Assembly (NCBI RefSeq): GCF_036971445.1
Contig: NC_091479.1
Coordinates: forward strand, 104,842,001-104,906,000
Length of the DNA stretch: 64,000 nt
Origin: Narcine bancroftii
Lineage: Eukaryota
Direction: 5' to 3'
Below, piece after piece: positions 12,792-64,000 of this stretch. Positions within the stretch are counted from its first letter, which is position 1; each line of letters begins with the position of its first letter. The translations under genes were made by a program, and so were the position numbers. The notes under the pieces were generated by a model that was not told the DNA's origin, did not search any database, and saw only the letters and a list, made by a program, of their open reading frames with translations.

Positions 12792-12861
12792 CTCGCCGCT
12801 TTTGCACCAGTGGCGGAGCAGACGTATTAGTTGGGAAACAGATTGCTCCAAATCAGCGGTC

Positions 12862-63396
<50,535 letters not shown>

Positions 63397-64000
63397 GATC
63401 ACCAGCCTCCTGCACACCGGGTGGACCTCTATCAAAGTTCAAGGCAGAATCTGTTTTATTGAGTTATAAACATCATATTTAACAACTTCATTAAAATGCT
63501 TGGACATCTTAGGATTCCATTTGTAGAAATGGCAATCCCTCAAAGTGTACAAAAGGTTATAAATGCTCCAAATGATTTTGGCCCATAAAGGAAATTATAT
63601 TGTTTTGAAGTCAGCTCGCACAAGCAGATCAATCAGCCTATGGTCACCCATGCTGATGGCCTTCATGTGGTTCCCCCTCAGTCCCTTCATTCATTTGTAG
63701 GATGTGGACATCGCTGGCAATGCCTGTGTTTATTGTCCATTTGTAATTCCTCAGAACTGAGGGGGTTAATTATGCTGATGTGATTGGAGTCACATAGAGT
63801 CTAGACCAGGTAAAGTTAGTGGAGTTCCTCCCGCAGGTAGTTGGAGAAGGTTCAAAGTTCCTTTGTCACAGAGTAATACACTAAAAATGTACTTTAGCTT
63901 TTCCTTCCCATAAAGGCAAACAAACAGCCGCCATAAGTCCGGCACCTCAAAAATAAGAGAAAGAGAAGCAAAGGAGAGTCCCTCCAGAGTCACTGAGGGT

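Noticed and set aside
63490-63495. ATTAAA as the SLC17A8 poly(A) signal
   Set aside because: A variant hexamer alone is insufficient, and the 3' UTR may extend beyond the window.

Overview
This is eukaryotic, repeat-rich vertebrate DNA. The repeat repertoire (HE1-like SINEs sharing a 3' tail with CR1/HER1-like LINEs, Penelope, Rex/Babar, RTE, L1) points to a cartilaginous fish, by inference. The window holds a complete 12-exon SLC17A8 (VGLUT3) gene on the + strand: ATG at 12862, stop at 63396, all introns GT-AG, spliced CDS 1788 nt (595 aa). Upstream, a CpG-rich ZNF143/NRF1/ETS-type promoter at about 6830-7130 appears to drive an unidentified minus-strand gene whose putative first intron is a G-rich 19-bp minisatellite. 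Intronic highlights are: (1) about 20 Penelope-derived, often palindromic mini-elements carrying minimal hammerhead-ribozyme motifs, several with 13-16 bp target-site duplications (TSDs) and one with a perfect 60-bp hairpin; (2) a young RTE LINE with a 38-bp TSD; (3) an internal L1 fragment flanked by a 16-bp TSD; (4) a Chapaev3-like DNA transposon relic; (5) candidate RE1, uORF and ATOH1/POU4F regulatory sites. There are no prokaryotic systems, CRISPR arrays or structural RNA genes. Exon coordinates were read base by base; most repeat boundaries are approximate.
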